Shown here: one piece after another, positions 8,238 to 17,183 of the stretch
Numbering within the stretch: the stretch's first letter is position 1
How the letters are laid out: the number at the start of each line of letters is the position of its first letter
Assembly (NCBI GenBank): GCA_963706615.1
Contig: OY970163.1
Location: 1,189,492-1,253,491 of the forward strand
Direction: 5' to 3'
Source of the DNA: an uncultured Solirubrobacteraceae bacterium
Lineage (GTDB): Bacteria > Actinomycetota > Thermoleophilia > Solirubrobacterales > Solirubrobacteraceae
DNA: 64,000 bases
Notes under the pieces: model-generated
Told to the model about the DNA's origin: nothing
The model's database searches: none
Seen by the model: the letters and a program-made list of their open reading frames with translations, nothing else
Made by a program: the position numbers and the translations under genes

Positions 8238-10047
8238 GGGCCCGGAGCAGGATAGGAAAGTGGATCGGCGGACATTCGTTAAGGGCGGGATCGCTGCGGG
8301 CGGCCTGCTCACGGGCGCCGGCCTGGGCATCGCGCGCTTGGCCGACGCCACCGAAGACTCCGGCGCCAGCGCCGCCTCGAGCGTGGCCCCGGCTCCGGTG
8401 TCGGTGGACCCGCAGCACCCGAACATACTGGTCATCCTCGTCGACCAGATGCGCTTCCCGGCGTGGTTCTCGCCGACGGGCGACGGATCGGGGCTTCCGC
8501 CGAACCTCGCGGCTCTGCGCCAGAACGCGGTTTCGTTCTCCGGTCACTACACAGCCGCCAACGACTGCACGCCGGCCCGCGCAACGCTGCTCACGGGGCT
8601 CTACACGCACCAGACGGGATGCATGATCACCGGCGGCAGCACGCTGGACCCGGGGTTCCCGACGTGGGGCACGATGCTGCGCGAGCAGGGCTATCGCACG
8701 CGGTGGTACGGCAAGTGGCACCTGACGCATCGCGACAATAGGTGGGGACCGCGTCGCGGCGAACGCGCGATGCAGCGCTACGGCTTTCACGGCGGGACCT
8801 TCCCCTCGCCCGACGGCGCGCCCGGGCAGGGCTGGCGCCTGGACGGGTACATCGCCCGCCAGTTCGCCAAGTGGTATGCCGAGGAGGGCGGCGCCGGGCC
8901 GTGGTGCACGACGGTGTCGTTCGTCAATCCGCACGACATCGCCTGGTGGTACGTGTGGAGCAACCGCGTGCGTGCGGAGACCAGCGCACGTCCCGTCGCC
9001 CGATCGCTGCCCGGCAACTTCGAGACCCCCGAACTGCTGACGCAACGCAACAAGCCCGTGCTGCAGCGCTCTCTGCAGGACACCGCCGCCGCCTCGTTCG
9101 GCGTGGTCCCCTTCGAAGGCCCGGAAGCGGACCAGCTGTGGATGCAGTTCCTCGACCTCTACGGCAAGCTGCAGCGCGAGGTCGACGTGCACATCGGCCG
9201 GGTGCTCGCGGCGCTCGACAGCCGTCCCCAGGTCGCGGCCAACACGGTGATCGTGTTCACCTCCGATCACGGCGAGTACGGCGGGTCGCACGGGCTGCGC
9301 GGCAAGGGCGCGGCGGCATACGAGGAGGCGCTGCGCGTGCCGCTGCTCGTCAAGGACAACCGCAACATGCTCACGCAGGCCCCCGAAACGACGCGCAGCC
9401 AGCTGACCTCGAGCGTCGACATCGCGCCGCTGCTGCTGACGATCGCCACCGGATCCAACGCCTGGCGAGGCGAGCCGCGTTACGACCACCTCGCCGCCCG
9501 CGCCGACCTCGCGGCGATCCTCGCCAACCCCAACGCCCCCGGGCGGCCGTACGTGCTGCACGCCACCGACGAGACCGTGACGGAGTTCGCCGTCCAGTCC
9601 TACGCCGCCGACGCGCCGCTGCACGTGGTCGCGCTGCGCACGCAGGAAGCCAAGTACGCCACGTACTCCAGCTGGCAGCCGGGCGGCATCGAGCCGCTGG
9701 CCACGAGCGAGGAACGCGAGCTGTATGACTACAGCAACGACAGCGGGCGCCTGGAGCTGCACAACAGCGCCGGCGAAGGCGGCCTCGAGAGCGGCCTGCG
9801 CGCGACGCACGAGCAGGCTCTCGCACAGGAGCTGCGCGCTCCGCTGCCGGGACGCTTCGGCGCCGCGCAGGCGCGCGGCTTCGCCGACTACTTTCAGGTC
9901 GCCAAGAACGCCGCCAACTCCGCGGCCGCGATGCACGAACGGCGCGCAAAACGCTACTTCGAAGGGCGGCAGGAACAGGGTGGCGTGTCGCCCGGCGAGA
10001 ATCGCGTCAAGCGGCTCAGATCCGCTTCGCGCGCGAGACGCCGATGA
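8236..10047 (+). CDS. Tat-exported Cys-type (formylglycine) sulfatase
   Basis: Twin-arginine DRRTFVKGG; PNILVILVDQ; CTPARATLLTG (CxPxR); YGKWHL; VNPHD; FTSDHGE; GLRGKG...YEEALRVPL. The start could be 8227, 8236 or 8260. Confidence 0.9.
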   Translation: MGPEQDRKVDRRTFVKGGIAAGGLLTGAGLGIARLADATEDSGASAASSVAPAPVSVDPQHPNILVILVDQMRFPAWFSPTGDGSGLPPNLAALRQNAVSFSGHYTAANDCTPARATLLTGLYTHQTGCMITGGSTLDPGFPTWGTMLREQGYRTRWYGKWHLTHRDNRWGPRRGERAMQRYGFHGGTFPSPDGAPGQGWRLDGYIARQFAKWYAEEGGAGPWCTTVSFVNPHDIAWWYVWSNRVRAETSARPVARSLPGNFETPELLTQRNKPVLQRSLQDTAAASFGVVPFEGPEADQLWMQFLDLYGKLQREVDVHIGRVLAALDSRPQVAANTVIVFTSDHGEYGGSHGLRGKGAAAYEEALRVPLLVKDNRNMLTQAPETTRSQLTSSVDIAPLLLTIATGSNAWRGEPRYDHLAARADLAAILANPNAPGRPYVLHATDETVTEFAVQSYAADAPLHVVALRTQEAKYATYSSWQPGGIEPLATSEERELYDYSNDSGRLELHNSAGEGGLESGLRATHEQALAQELRAPLPGRFGAAQARGFADYFQVAKNAANSAAAMHERRAKRYFEGRQEQGGVSPGENRVKRLRSASRARRR

Positions 10048-11917
10048 CGGCGCCCGCCGCATCGAGCGCCTGCACCTGTACGTAGCTGCCGACCGCGGCG
10101 CTCGTCAGAGCGACTGCCGTCTCAAAGCCGCCGCGCGGCGCCTGGCCCGCGGGCGCGAGGCTGCTCGGCGAAGGACCGGCCAGCACGCGCCAGGAGGCCA
10201 GCGCGGTCGCGCCGTTCCAGCTGGCATAAACGGTCGCCCCGCGGCCGTCTGGGGAACGCACCGTCGCCAGCGCCGGCGGTTCTGCAGGGCTCGCGCTCCA
10301 CGCCAGGCGATACGCCCGGTAGGACTCATACGACGCGGGCAGGTGCGCGTCGAACAGCAGTTGCCCGCCGGCGCCGTATTCGGTCAGGTACGGCATTTCG
10401 CCCCAGCCGACCATCCAGGCCCCGCCGGCGAGCTCCTGGACGTTGCCCTGGCTGCCGGCCACGAGCGCCTTGCCGGGATGCCCGGATTCGCGCACGAGCG
10501 TCGCGGTCATCCGCTGAGCGTCGAGACGCACGTCGATCGCGCGCGACTGCGCGTGGATCGCCGGCGTTGCGCCGTTGTCGAACAGCGTGATCGTCCCGTC
10601 GTTCTGTTCGCGCGCGTCGTGCTGCCAGGCCGTGTGCGTGCCCGGACCCATGTGGAAGCTGCTGCGCCGGCCGCCGAGCGCCCAGCGCACGCGCCCGCTG
10701 CGCGCGTCGATGTCGTAGGCGGCCCAGGTGTTGCGCGCGTCGACGAGCAGGTCGCCGTCGCTGCGCACGTCGACGGAGTTGATGTGAAAGAAGTCAAACG
10801 GCGTCGTGCGGCTCGCGTGCCTGGCCGAGGCATAGGAGTCCGACAGCGCGACGTGGTCGAGGCTGTGCCACTCGTACCTCACCAGCCCGGTCTTCAGGTC
10901 GAGTTCCTGAAACAGCGTGTCGGCGATCGCCGCATCGCGCGGTCCGCCGACCCTCGTGAGGTCGCAATCGATCGCGTCATAGACGGTGATCAACGCCGTG
11001 CCCCGGGGCGTGATCTGGAATTCGTGCAGGTCAGGCTGATAGCCGTTGCCCGCGCCCACGACCGCGATCCGGCGATAGGAGCTGTCCAAGACCACCTCGG
11101 CCGACTTGCTCTGGCCGCCGAAGATCAGCGGGTCCTGCCACCAGGTCAGCACCGGCCGGCCTTCGTATTGCTGGACGCGAAAGTCCGACGCGCGCGTGCC
11201 CGCGGGCGACAGTGGATCGAACCAGACCATCGAGCCGTCTTCGGCGAGGATCATCGGGCCGTACTGCCCGGGTCCGGAGTACGGCGCGATGAAGACGTCG
11301 CCCGGCGTAGTACCGGCCGCGCGCGCCGTGACGGCAACCGTCGGAGGCTGCAGGTCAGGCCGCGAGTGAAAGCTCTGGTAGGAGGCCTTCTCGGGCGCCG
11401 GGCGCGGGCTGCCGCCGGCGACGCCGCCGTGATCCTGCACGGCTGCCGTGAAGCTCCAGGCGAAGGGGGTCGTCGTCGCGCCGAAGCGCAGCTGCCCGTG
11501 GACGCTCACCCTCTCTCCCTGCGTGAACGGGCTGGAGGGGGCAAAGCTCGCTCCGTCGCCCTGCGAGTAAGTCATCAGCCGCCCCGCATGCCGGCCACTG
11601 AGCGAGCCCGTGACCGTGACGTGCGACAGCTCGCTCGCCGGCTGCCCGAGCATGCTGATCTGAGTCGAAACCGAGGCGTCACGCGAGTCGGGTGCAGGCG
11701 AGACGGTCACGTGCGAGCCGGCAAGCGCCGTCGACACGTTCAGCCGGGGCGGCGTGCAGCTCGGCGAGACGCTCGGTTCCCGAAACCTGCTCGCCGTGGC
11801 CCTCGCGTCGGCCCGCGCGAGACTCGAGTGCGTCCCAAGCGCGACGCCCGCCGGTGCGAGAAGCGCCAGCGCCGCGAGTGCAAGCGCTGGGCATGGCGGC
11901 GTGTGGCGGGGGCTCAC
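10016..11917 (-). CDS. ASST-like protein 2, Sec-secreted
   Basis: Same architecture as ASST-1: DLHEFQIT / DFFHINS / DARNT / WQHDAR. GTG 11917 overlaps the TGA of ASST-3. Confidence 0.82.
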   Translation of the reverse strand: MSPRHTPPCPALALAALALLAPAGVALGTHSSLARADARATASRFREPSVSPSCTPPRLNVSTALAGSHVTVSPAPDSRDASVSTQISMLGQPASELSHVTVTGSLSGRHAGRLMTYSQGDGASFAPSSPFTQGERVSVHGQLRFGATTTPFAWSFTAAVQDHGGVAGGSPRPAPEKASYQSFHSRPDLQPPTVAVTARAAGTTPGDVFIAPYSGPGQYGPMILAEDGSMVWFDPLSPAGTRASDFRVQQYEGRPVLTWWQDPLIFGGQSKSAEVVLDSSYRRIAVVGAGNGYQPDLHEFQITPRGTALITVYDAIDCDLTRVGGPRDAAIADTLFQELDLKTGLVRYEWHSLDHVALSDSYASARHASRTTPFDFFHINSVDVRSDGDLLVDARNTWAAYDIDARSGRVRWALGGRRSSFHMGPGTHTAWQHDAREQNDGTITLFDNGATPAIHAQSRAIDVRLDAQRMTATLVRESGHPGKALVAGSQGNVQELAGGAWMVGWGEMPYLTEYGAGGQLLFDAHLPASYESYRAYRLAWSASPAEPPALATVRSPDGRGATVYASWNGATALASWRVLAGPSPSSLAPAGQAPRGGFETAVALTSAAVGSYVQVQALDAAGAVIGVSRAKRI

Positions 11918-13704
11918 CCCTTGACCGTGGCCGACGTGCCGAGCACCGCGCCCGAGCCGTCGAGCGCCTGCGCCGCCACGTACGGACCGACGGTGTGCGC
12001 CGTGAGCGTCGTCTGAAAGCCGGACTTGGCAGCGGTCGCGACCGGCGCCAGCGCCGACGACGAGGGTCCGGCGAGCACCCGCCAAGAGGCGACCTCGGTG
12101 GCGCCGTTCCAGCTGACGTCGACGCTGACCGTCCCGCCGCTGCCCGCACGCGCGACGACCGCAGGCAACGTCGTCGGGCGCCCTTCCCAGGGCGAGAGGA
12201 AGGTCTTGAAGTTCTGGACGTTCCTACCGAGCGTGCCGTCGAGCAGGACGTGTCCCGATGCGTCGAACTCGGTGAAGTTCGGCAGCCGCCCATAGCCGAG
12301 CAGCCAGTTGCCCGCGGGCAGGCTCTGCGTGTTGCCCTGGCTTTCGGCCAGCAGCGTCTTGGTCGGATTGACGAACTGCTTGACCAGGCTGACCGTGTGG
12401 CCCGACGTGTCGGCCCGCAGCAGCAGCCCCCGCGATTGCTTCTCCTTCGGAGGGTCCGAGCCGTTGTCGAAGAGCGAGATCAGCCCGCCGGGCTGGAACT
12501 CGGCGTCGTGCTGCCAGTAGAAGCGCGTCCCGGGTCCCTGGCGGAAGCTGCTGTGCGCACCGCCCAGTCGCCAGACGATGCGCCCCGTGGCGATGTCGAG
12601 GTCGTACACGGTCCAGGTGTTGCGCACGGAGACCATCACGTCGTTGGAGGGGCCGGGGTCGACCGAGTTGAGGTGGGCGTAGTCCCACGGATAGTTCTGC
12701 GGAACGGGGTTGTTCGAGTCGGCTACCGGGATGTGTCCGAGCGTGTGCCACTCCCACATCACCAGCCCCGTCTTGATGTCGACCTCCTGCACGACCGAAT
12801 CGCTGAGGATCCCGTGGGCGGGACCGTGCACGCCCGAGAGGTTCGCGCTGATCGGGTCGAACGCGTCGATCCACGCGGTGCCTTGCGGCGTGATGCGTAT
12901 CTCGTGCAGGTCGGCGTGATAGCCGTTGCCGGCCCTGACCGTCGCGATGCGCCGGTATGAGCTGTCATAGATGACATCCTCGCCCTCGCCGAACCCGGCC
13001 TGGATGATCCTGCCCTGCCACCACGTGAGCACGGGTTTGCCCTGGTACTGCTCGACTTGGAGATTGGTCGACGATTCGCCCGCGCCCAGCGGCTTGAACC
13101 AGACGAGGCTGCCGTTCTGTTCGGCGATCATCGGCCCTGGCGTGCCCTGGCCCTGGTAGGGCGCGAGGAACAGGTCGCCGGGCGTAGTGCCGGGCTTTGC
13201 GGCTGTCGTGATGCGCACGGTCGACGGGGTCAGCGTCGGCGCCGAGCTGTAGTGCTGGACCGCGCGTGCGTCGCCCGGGTTCAGCGGGAACCCCTTCTGG
13301 CTGACCGCCGCCTGGTGGGCGATCGTGAAGCTCGTGCCGATCGGCGTCGCGCCGGCCTTGGCGTGGACGATCACCTTCTCGCCCGGGCGAAACGCGTGGC
13401 TGGGCAGGAAGCTCGCGCCTGTGCCCGTCGAGTAGGCGCGCAGGACGCCTGTATGGGCGCCGCTGCTGGAGCCGGTCACGCGCACGTCAGAAACCTGCGT
13501 GCCGGGGACGCCGAGGAAGCTGATCTGCGTGCCCGGCGAGGCGTCCGGCGTGCCCGGCTGCGGCGACACGGCCACCGAGCCTGCGGCGGCCCTCGCGACG
13601 GGGGGGTCCAGCGCGGCGGACGTGGCCGGCGAAGCGCCGCCGCATGCCGCCACGCCGGCGACGGTCGCGAGCGCGGTGACGAGAATGCCGGCGGGACGGA
13701 GCAT
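11914..13704 (-). CDS. ASST-like protein 3, lipoprotein
   Basis: Lipobox-like VAAC-GG; DLHEIRIT / DYAHLNS / SVRNT / WQHDAE. Alternative start GTG 13719. Confidence 0.82.
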   Translation of the reverse strand: MLRPAGILVTALATVAGVAACGGASPATSAALDPPVARAAAGSVAVSPQPGTPDASPGTQISFLGVPGTQVSDVRVTGSSSGAHTGVLRAYSTGTGASFLPSHAFRPGEKVIVHAKAGATPIGTSFTIAHQAAVSQKGFPLNPGDARAVQHYSSAPTLTPSTVRITTAAKPGTTPGDLFLAPYQGQGTPGPMIAEQNGSLVWFKPLGAGESSTNLQVEQYQGKPVLTWWQGRIIQAGFGEGEDVIYDSSYRRIATVRAGNGYHADLHEIRITPQGTAWIDAFDPISANLSGVHGPAHGILSDSVVQEVDIKTGLVMWEWHTLGHIPVADSNNPVPQNYPWDYAHLNSVDPGPSNDVMVSVRNTWTVYDLDIATGRIVWRLGGAHSSFRQGPGTRFYWQHDAEFQPGGLISLFDNGSDPPKEKQSRGLLLRADTSGHTVSLVKQFVNPTKTLLAESQGNTQSLPAGNWLLGYGRLPNFTEFDASGHVLLDGTLGRNVQNFKTFLSPWEGRPTTLPAVVARAGSGGTVSVDVSWNGATEVASWRVLAGPSSSALAPVATAAKSGFQTTLTAHTVGPYVAAQALDGSGAVLGTSATVKG

Positions 13705-13885
13705 GCCGAGCGGGCTCACCCTCGCCTGATGCGCTTCAGCCGACTCTGGCGCTGTCGCGGGAACTGTCCGTGCGGGCTCGTCAAGGTCGGCGATCCTATC
13801 CGGTCGCCAGGCGGCGGGAGCCAGGCGCTGCGCGGGCGCCGGCACGGTGTTCGGGGTCTGCCGCTGCGAACGCGAGGCAGCGCGC

Positions 13886-16855
13886 TCACGAGCTCGAGGC
13901 GAACGGCCGCGTGACGCCGATCACCCTGCCGCCGGTGCCGAGAGCCTGGATCTGAAAGCTCTTGTAGCCCTGCGGCACGGTGATCGCCGTCTCGAACCCG
14001 GACTTGGCGTGGCTCGCGACGGCGCTCAGCCGACCGCCTTCGGGTCCCGCGAGGACTCTCCAGGACGCCACCTGCGTCGCGCCGTTCCAGCTCGCGTAGG
14101 CGATCGTCTTGCCGTCGGCGCTGCGGGCGGCGCCGGCGGGGGCAGCGAGCGGGAGGCCGACCCACTGCTCGAGCGTCGCTCGGTAGGTCAGGTCGGGCCC
14201 CGGGAGTTCCCCTTCGAACAGCAGTTTTCCGGCTCGGTCGAACTCAGAGAAGAACGGTTCCGATCCCCAACCGACGAACACGTTGCCGTTGGACAGCGGC
14301 TGCGTGTCGCCCATGTAGTCGGAATGAAAACCGCCGCCGTTGCCATATTGAGCCGCGAGCGTCGCCGTGCGCGTCTGCTGGTCGAGCTTCAGCACGAGCC
14401 CCCGAGACGCCCCCGTCGGATTGACGTAGGTCCCCCCGCCGGTCAGCTGGCAGCAGTGATCGTCGTACAGGCTGACCGTCGAGCCGGGCTGCAGCCTCGC
14501 GTCGTGCTGCCACTCGAAGGCGGCTCCCGGACCGAGGTCGAAGCTCGACTCGTTGCCGCCGAGCGTCCATTGGATCTTGCCGCTGGCGCTGTCGACGAGG
14601 TAGGCGGCCCAGGTGTCGCGCATCGAGACGAGGAAGGTCCCGTGAGCGCCCAGGTCGATCGAGTTGACATGGTAAGCGTCCCACGGGAACCCGTTCGTCG
14701 GCAGCGAGGCTCGCGACTCGCTCAGCGGGATGTGCTGCAGCGCATCCCAGCTGCGCTGCAGCTTGCCGCTGTTGAGGTCGTACTCCTGCACGGCAGAGTC
14801 GATCACCGCGCCGTTGTAGGCGCCCCCGTACTTGGACAGGTCCATCGGGATGTTCCTGTTCGCGGTCACCCACGCGTGGTCGCCGTCGATCACGAGCTCG
14901 TGCAGGGTGAGCACCCAGCCGTCCTTTGCTTTCAATCGCGCGAGCAGCTGGTAGTGCTGGTCGACCACCACGTATTCGCCGCTTTCGGTCGCTCCGGTGT
15001 TCGTGACCACGCCCTGCCACCAGGCGAGCGCCGGCTTGCCGCGATAGGTCTGCAGGCTGAGGTTGGAGGCGACGAGCTTTTCCGGCACCGGCTGGAACCA
15101 GACCGGCTGCAGGCCTCGGTCGAGGATCAACGGCCCGCTCTGACCGACGATCGGCGGTTCGTTGAGGTCGTAGAAGTTCGCGGCGAAGATGTAGCCCGGC
15201 GCGGGCCGTCCCGCCGGCGCCTGCTTGACGCTGCGGACCTCGGGGGGATGCAGCGACGGGGCGGTGACGAAGCTGAAGGCGCCCTTGGTCGTGTACGCCC
15301 CGATCGGAGCGCCGTGGGAGCCTGAGAACGCGGCCGTGAGCACGACGAAGACCGCGAGCACGGCGGCGATTGCCAGCGCAAAGCGCCGTGGCGCAGCTCC
15401 CAGCGCAGCGTCGGGCCTGGGCAGCGAGGTGAACGTGATGACCGCTGCCACCGCGGCCAGGCCGGCTCCGATCAGGTAGGCGAGCCGAAAGCCGTCGGTC
15501 AGCGCCGGCGCCACCTGTTCGCCCGAGCCGATCAGGTGGGTGGTGCGCTGCGTCGCGAACGTGATCAGCATCGCCAGCCCCAGGCCGCCGCCCACCTGAC
15601 GCGACGTGTTGACCAGACCTGACGCGAGCCCCGCCTGGCCCTCCCTGGCGCCCTGCGTCGCGGCGATCGTCGAGGGCACGATCGACATCGCGATCCCCGC
15701 CGCCGTGAGCACTCCGGGAATCACCACGTAGACGATCGGGCTGCCGCTGGAGCCGATCCTCGTGAACAGCAGCAGGCCGCCGGTCAGCATGATCAGCCCG
15801 CCGCCGAGCACCGGGCGCACGCCGAATCGGCTCACGAGCTTTCCCGCGCGCGAGGCTATGAGCATGATCGTCAACGTCATCGGCAGGAAGATCAGCCCGG
15901 TGTGCAGCGGCGAGAGCCCCAGCACCTGCTGCAGGTACAGAGAGCCCACGAACCACATCGGAAAGAGCGCCGCGCTGAACAGCAGGACGACGGTGTTGGC
16001 GGTTCTCAGCGGCTTGGTCAGCTGCTTGAACGGGATCAGCGGGGCCGAGGCCACGCGCGTCTCGATCACGCCGAAGGTCCCGAGCAGGACCAGACCGAGG
16101 ACGATCGGACCGAGCGCGGCGAGCGTGCCCCAGCCCTTCAGGCCCGCTTCCACGACGCCGTACACGACCACCATCTGACCGATCGTCAGCGTGAGCGCGC
16201 CCGCGAGGTCGAAGGGGGCGGCGTCACGGCCCTTGCGCCGCTCCGCCACGACCGCGTAGGCGACCGCGGCCGCGGCGATCGCGATCGGGGGATTGATCAG
16301 CAGGACCCAGCGCCAGCTGAGCACTTCGGTGATGATCCCTCCGAGCAGCACGCCGGCGGCGCCGCCGAGCCCGTTCATCGCTGCCCAGATGCCGATCGCA
16401 CGGTGCAGCTTCGGACCCGGCGGAAACGACCCGGTGATGATCGCCAGCGAGGTCGCCGCCATGAGCGCCCCGGCGAGACCCTGCACGGCGCGAGCGGCGA
16501 TCAGCACGCCCTGGTCGGGCGCCGCGCCGCCGGCGAGCGAGGCGAGCGCGAACAGGACGAGCCCGGCGACGAGCGTCCGGCGCTGCCCGAAGTGGTCGGC
16601 GACTCGGCCGCCGAGCATCAAGAAGCCCGCGAACGTGATCGCGTACGCGTCGACGACCCATTGCAGGTCGGGCGAGGAGAAGCCCAGGCTCGACTGGATC
16701 GAGGGCAGCGCGACGTTGACGATGCTCAGGTCGAGGATGACCATGAACTGAGCCACGCAGCAGACGGTCAGCAGCCACGCCGAACCCGAGCGCTTGTCGC
16801 TCTCGACAGGGGGCGTCTGCGGCACGCCAGGACTCGCTGTCGTCTCGACGCTCAC
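13886..16855 (-). CDS. Fusion of a DHA2-type (14-TM) MFS transporter and an ASST-like domain (ASST-4)
   Basis: N-half: QFMVILDLSIVNVALPSI, GGRVADHFGQRR, WRWVLLINPP, ASGLVNTSRQVGGGLG. One extra TM helix follows, then TLHE / DAYHVNS / SMRDT / WQHDAR / ASWNGAT in one uninterrupted frame. Confidence 0.85.
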   Translation of the reverse strand: MSVETTASPGVPQTPPVESDKRSGSAWLLTVCCVAQFMVILDLSIVNVALPSIQSSLGFSSPDLQWVVDAYAITFAGFLMLGGRVADHFGQRRTLVAGLVLFALASLAGGAAPDQGVLIAARAVQGLAGALMAATSLAIITGSFPPGPKLHRAIGIWAAMNGLGGAAGVLLGGIITEVLSWRWVLLINPPIAIAAAAVAYAVVAERRKGRDAAPFDLAGALTLTIGQMVVVYGVVEAGLKGWGTLAALGPIVLGLVLLGTFGVIETRVASAPLIPFKQLTKPLRTANTVVLLFSAALFPMWFVGSLYLQQVLGLSPLHTGLIFLPMTLTIMLIASRAGKLVSRFGVRPVLGGGLIMLTGGLLLFTRIGSSGSPIVYVVIPGVLTAAGIAMSIVPSTIAATQGAREGQAGLASGLVNTSRQVGGGLGLAMLITFATQRTTHLIGSGEQVAPALTDGFRLAYLIGAGLAAVAAVITFTSLPRPDAALGAAPRRFALAIAAVLAVFVVLTAAFSGSHGAPIGAYTTKGAFSFVTAPSLHPPEVRSVKQAPAGRPAPGYIFAANFYDLNEPPIVGQSGPLILDRGLQPVWFQPVPEKLVASNLSLQTYRGKPALAWWQGVVTNTGATESGEYVVVDQHYQLLARLKAKDGWVLTLHELVIDGDHAWVTANRNIPMDLSKYGGAYNGAVIDSAVQEYDLNSGKLQRSWDALQHIPLSESRASLPTNGFPWDAYHVNSIDLGAHGTFLVSMRDTWAAYLVDSASGKIQWTLGGNESSFDLGPGAAFEWQHDARLQPGSTVSLYDDHCCQLTGGGTYVNPTGASRGLVLKLDQQTRTATLAAQYGNGGGFHSDYMGDTQPLSNGNVFVGWGSEPFFSEFDRAGKLLFEGELPGPDLTYRATLEQWVGLPLAAPAGAARSADGKTIAYASWNGATQVASWRVLAGPEGGRLSAVASHAKSGFETAITVPQGYKSFQIQALGTGGRVIGVTRPFASSS

Positions 16856-16910
16856 GGGCGCCCGCCCAACTGCGAAAGGCAGCGCAGACGGCTGGTAGGG
16901 TGGGCGCCCG
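16855..16910. promoter_or_regulatory. Inverted repeat/hairpin in the divergent intergenic region
   Basis: Arms CGGGCGCCCGCCC (16855-16867) and GGGTGGGCGCCCG (16898-16910), with an inner CTGC-GAAAG-GCAG hairpin. Confidence 0.45.
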
Positions 16911-16940
16911 AGCCCTCGCGCGACGATTGGAGTCCGCCCC

Positions 16941-17126
16941 ATGAGAAGAACGCCACTGACCGCCATGCTAACGGCGCTGGCCGTCCTGGCGAGCACCGTC
17001 GCGGTGGCAGGGTGCGGCAGCAGCTCCTCCTCGTCCACGGCCTCGACGAGCACGACGCCGACGTCGAGCACCACGCCGACGAGCACGACGACGACGCCCA
17101 AGCACAAGTCCAAACCGGCCTACTAG
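16941..17126 (+). CDS. 61-aa Ser/Thr-rich lipopeptide
   Basis: GGAG SD, basic N-terminus, hydrophobic core, lipobox VAGC, then GSSSSSSTASTSTTPTSSTTPTSTTTTPKHKSKPAY. Confidence 0.75.
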   Translation: MRRTPLTAMLTALAVLASTVAVAGCGSSSSSSTASTSTTPTSSTTPTSTTTTPKHKSKPAY

Positions 17127-17183
17127 ACAACCGGAGGACTCGTCCGCGGCACCGCGTCGCGGCGCGCTCGCCGAGCATCGCGC

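Noticed and set aside
17040-17100. Tandem ACG-rich repeats, also at 59990-60290, as CRISPR or VNTR
   Set aside because: They are codon-level repeats of Ser/Thr/Pro linkers with no repeat-spacer structure.
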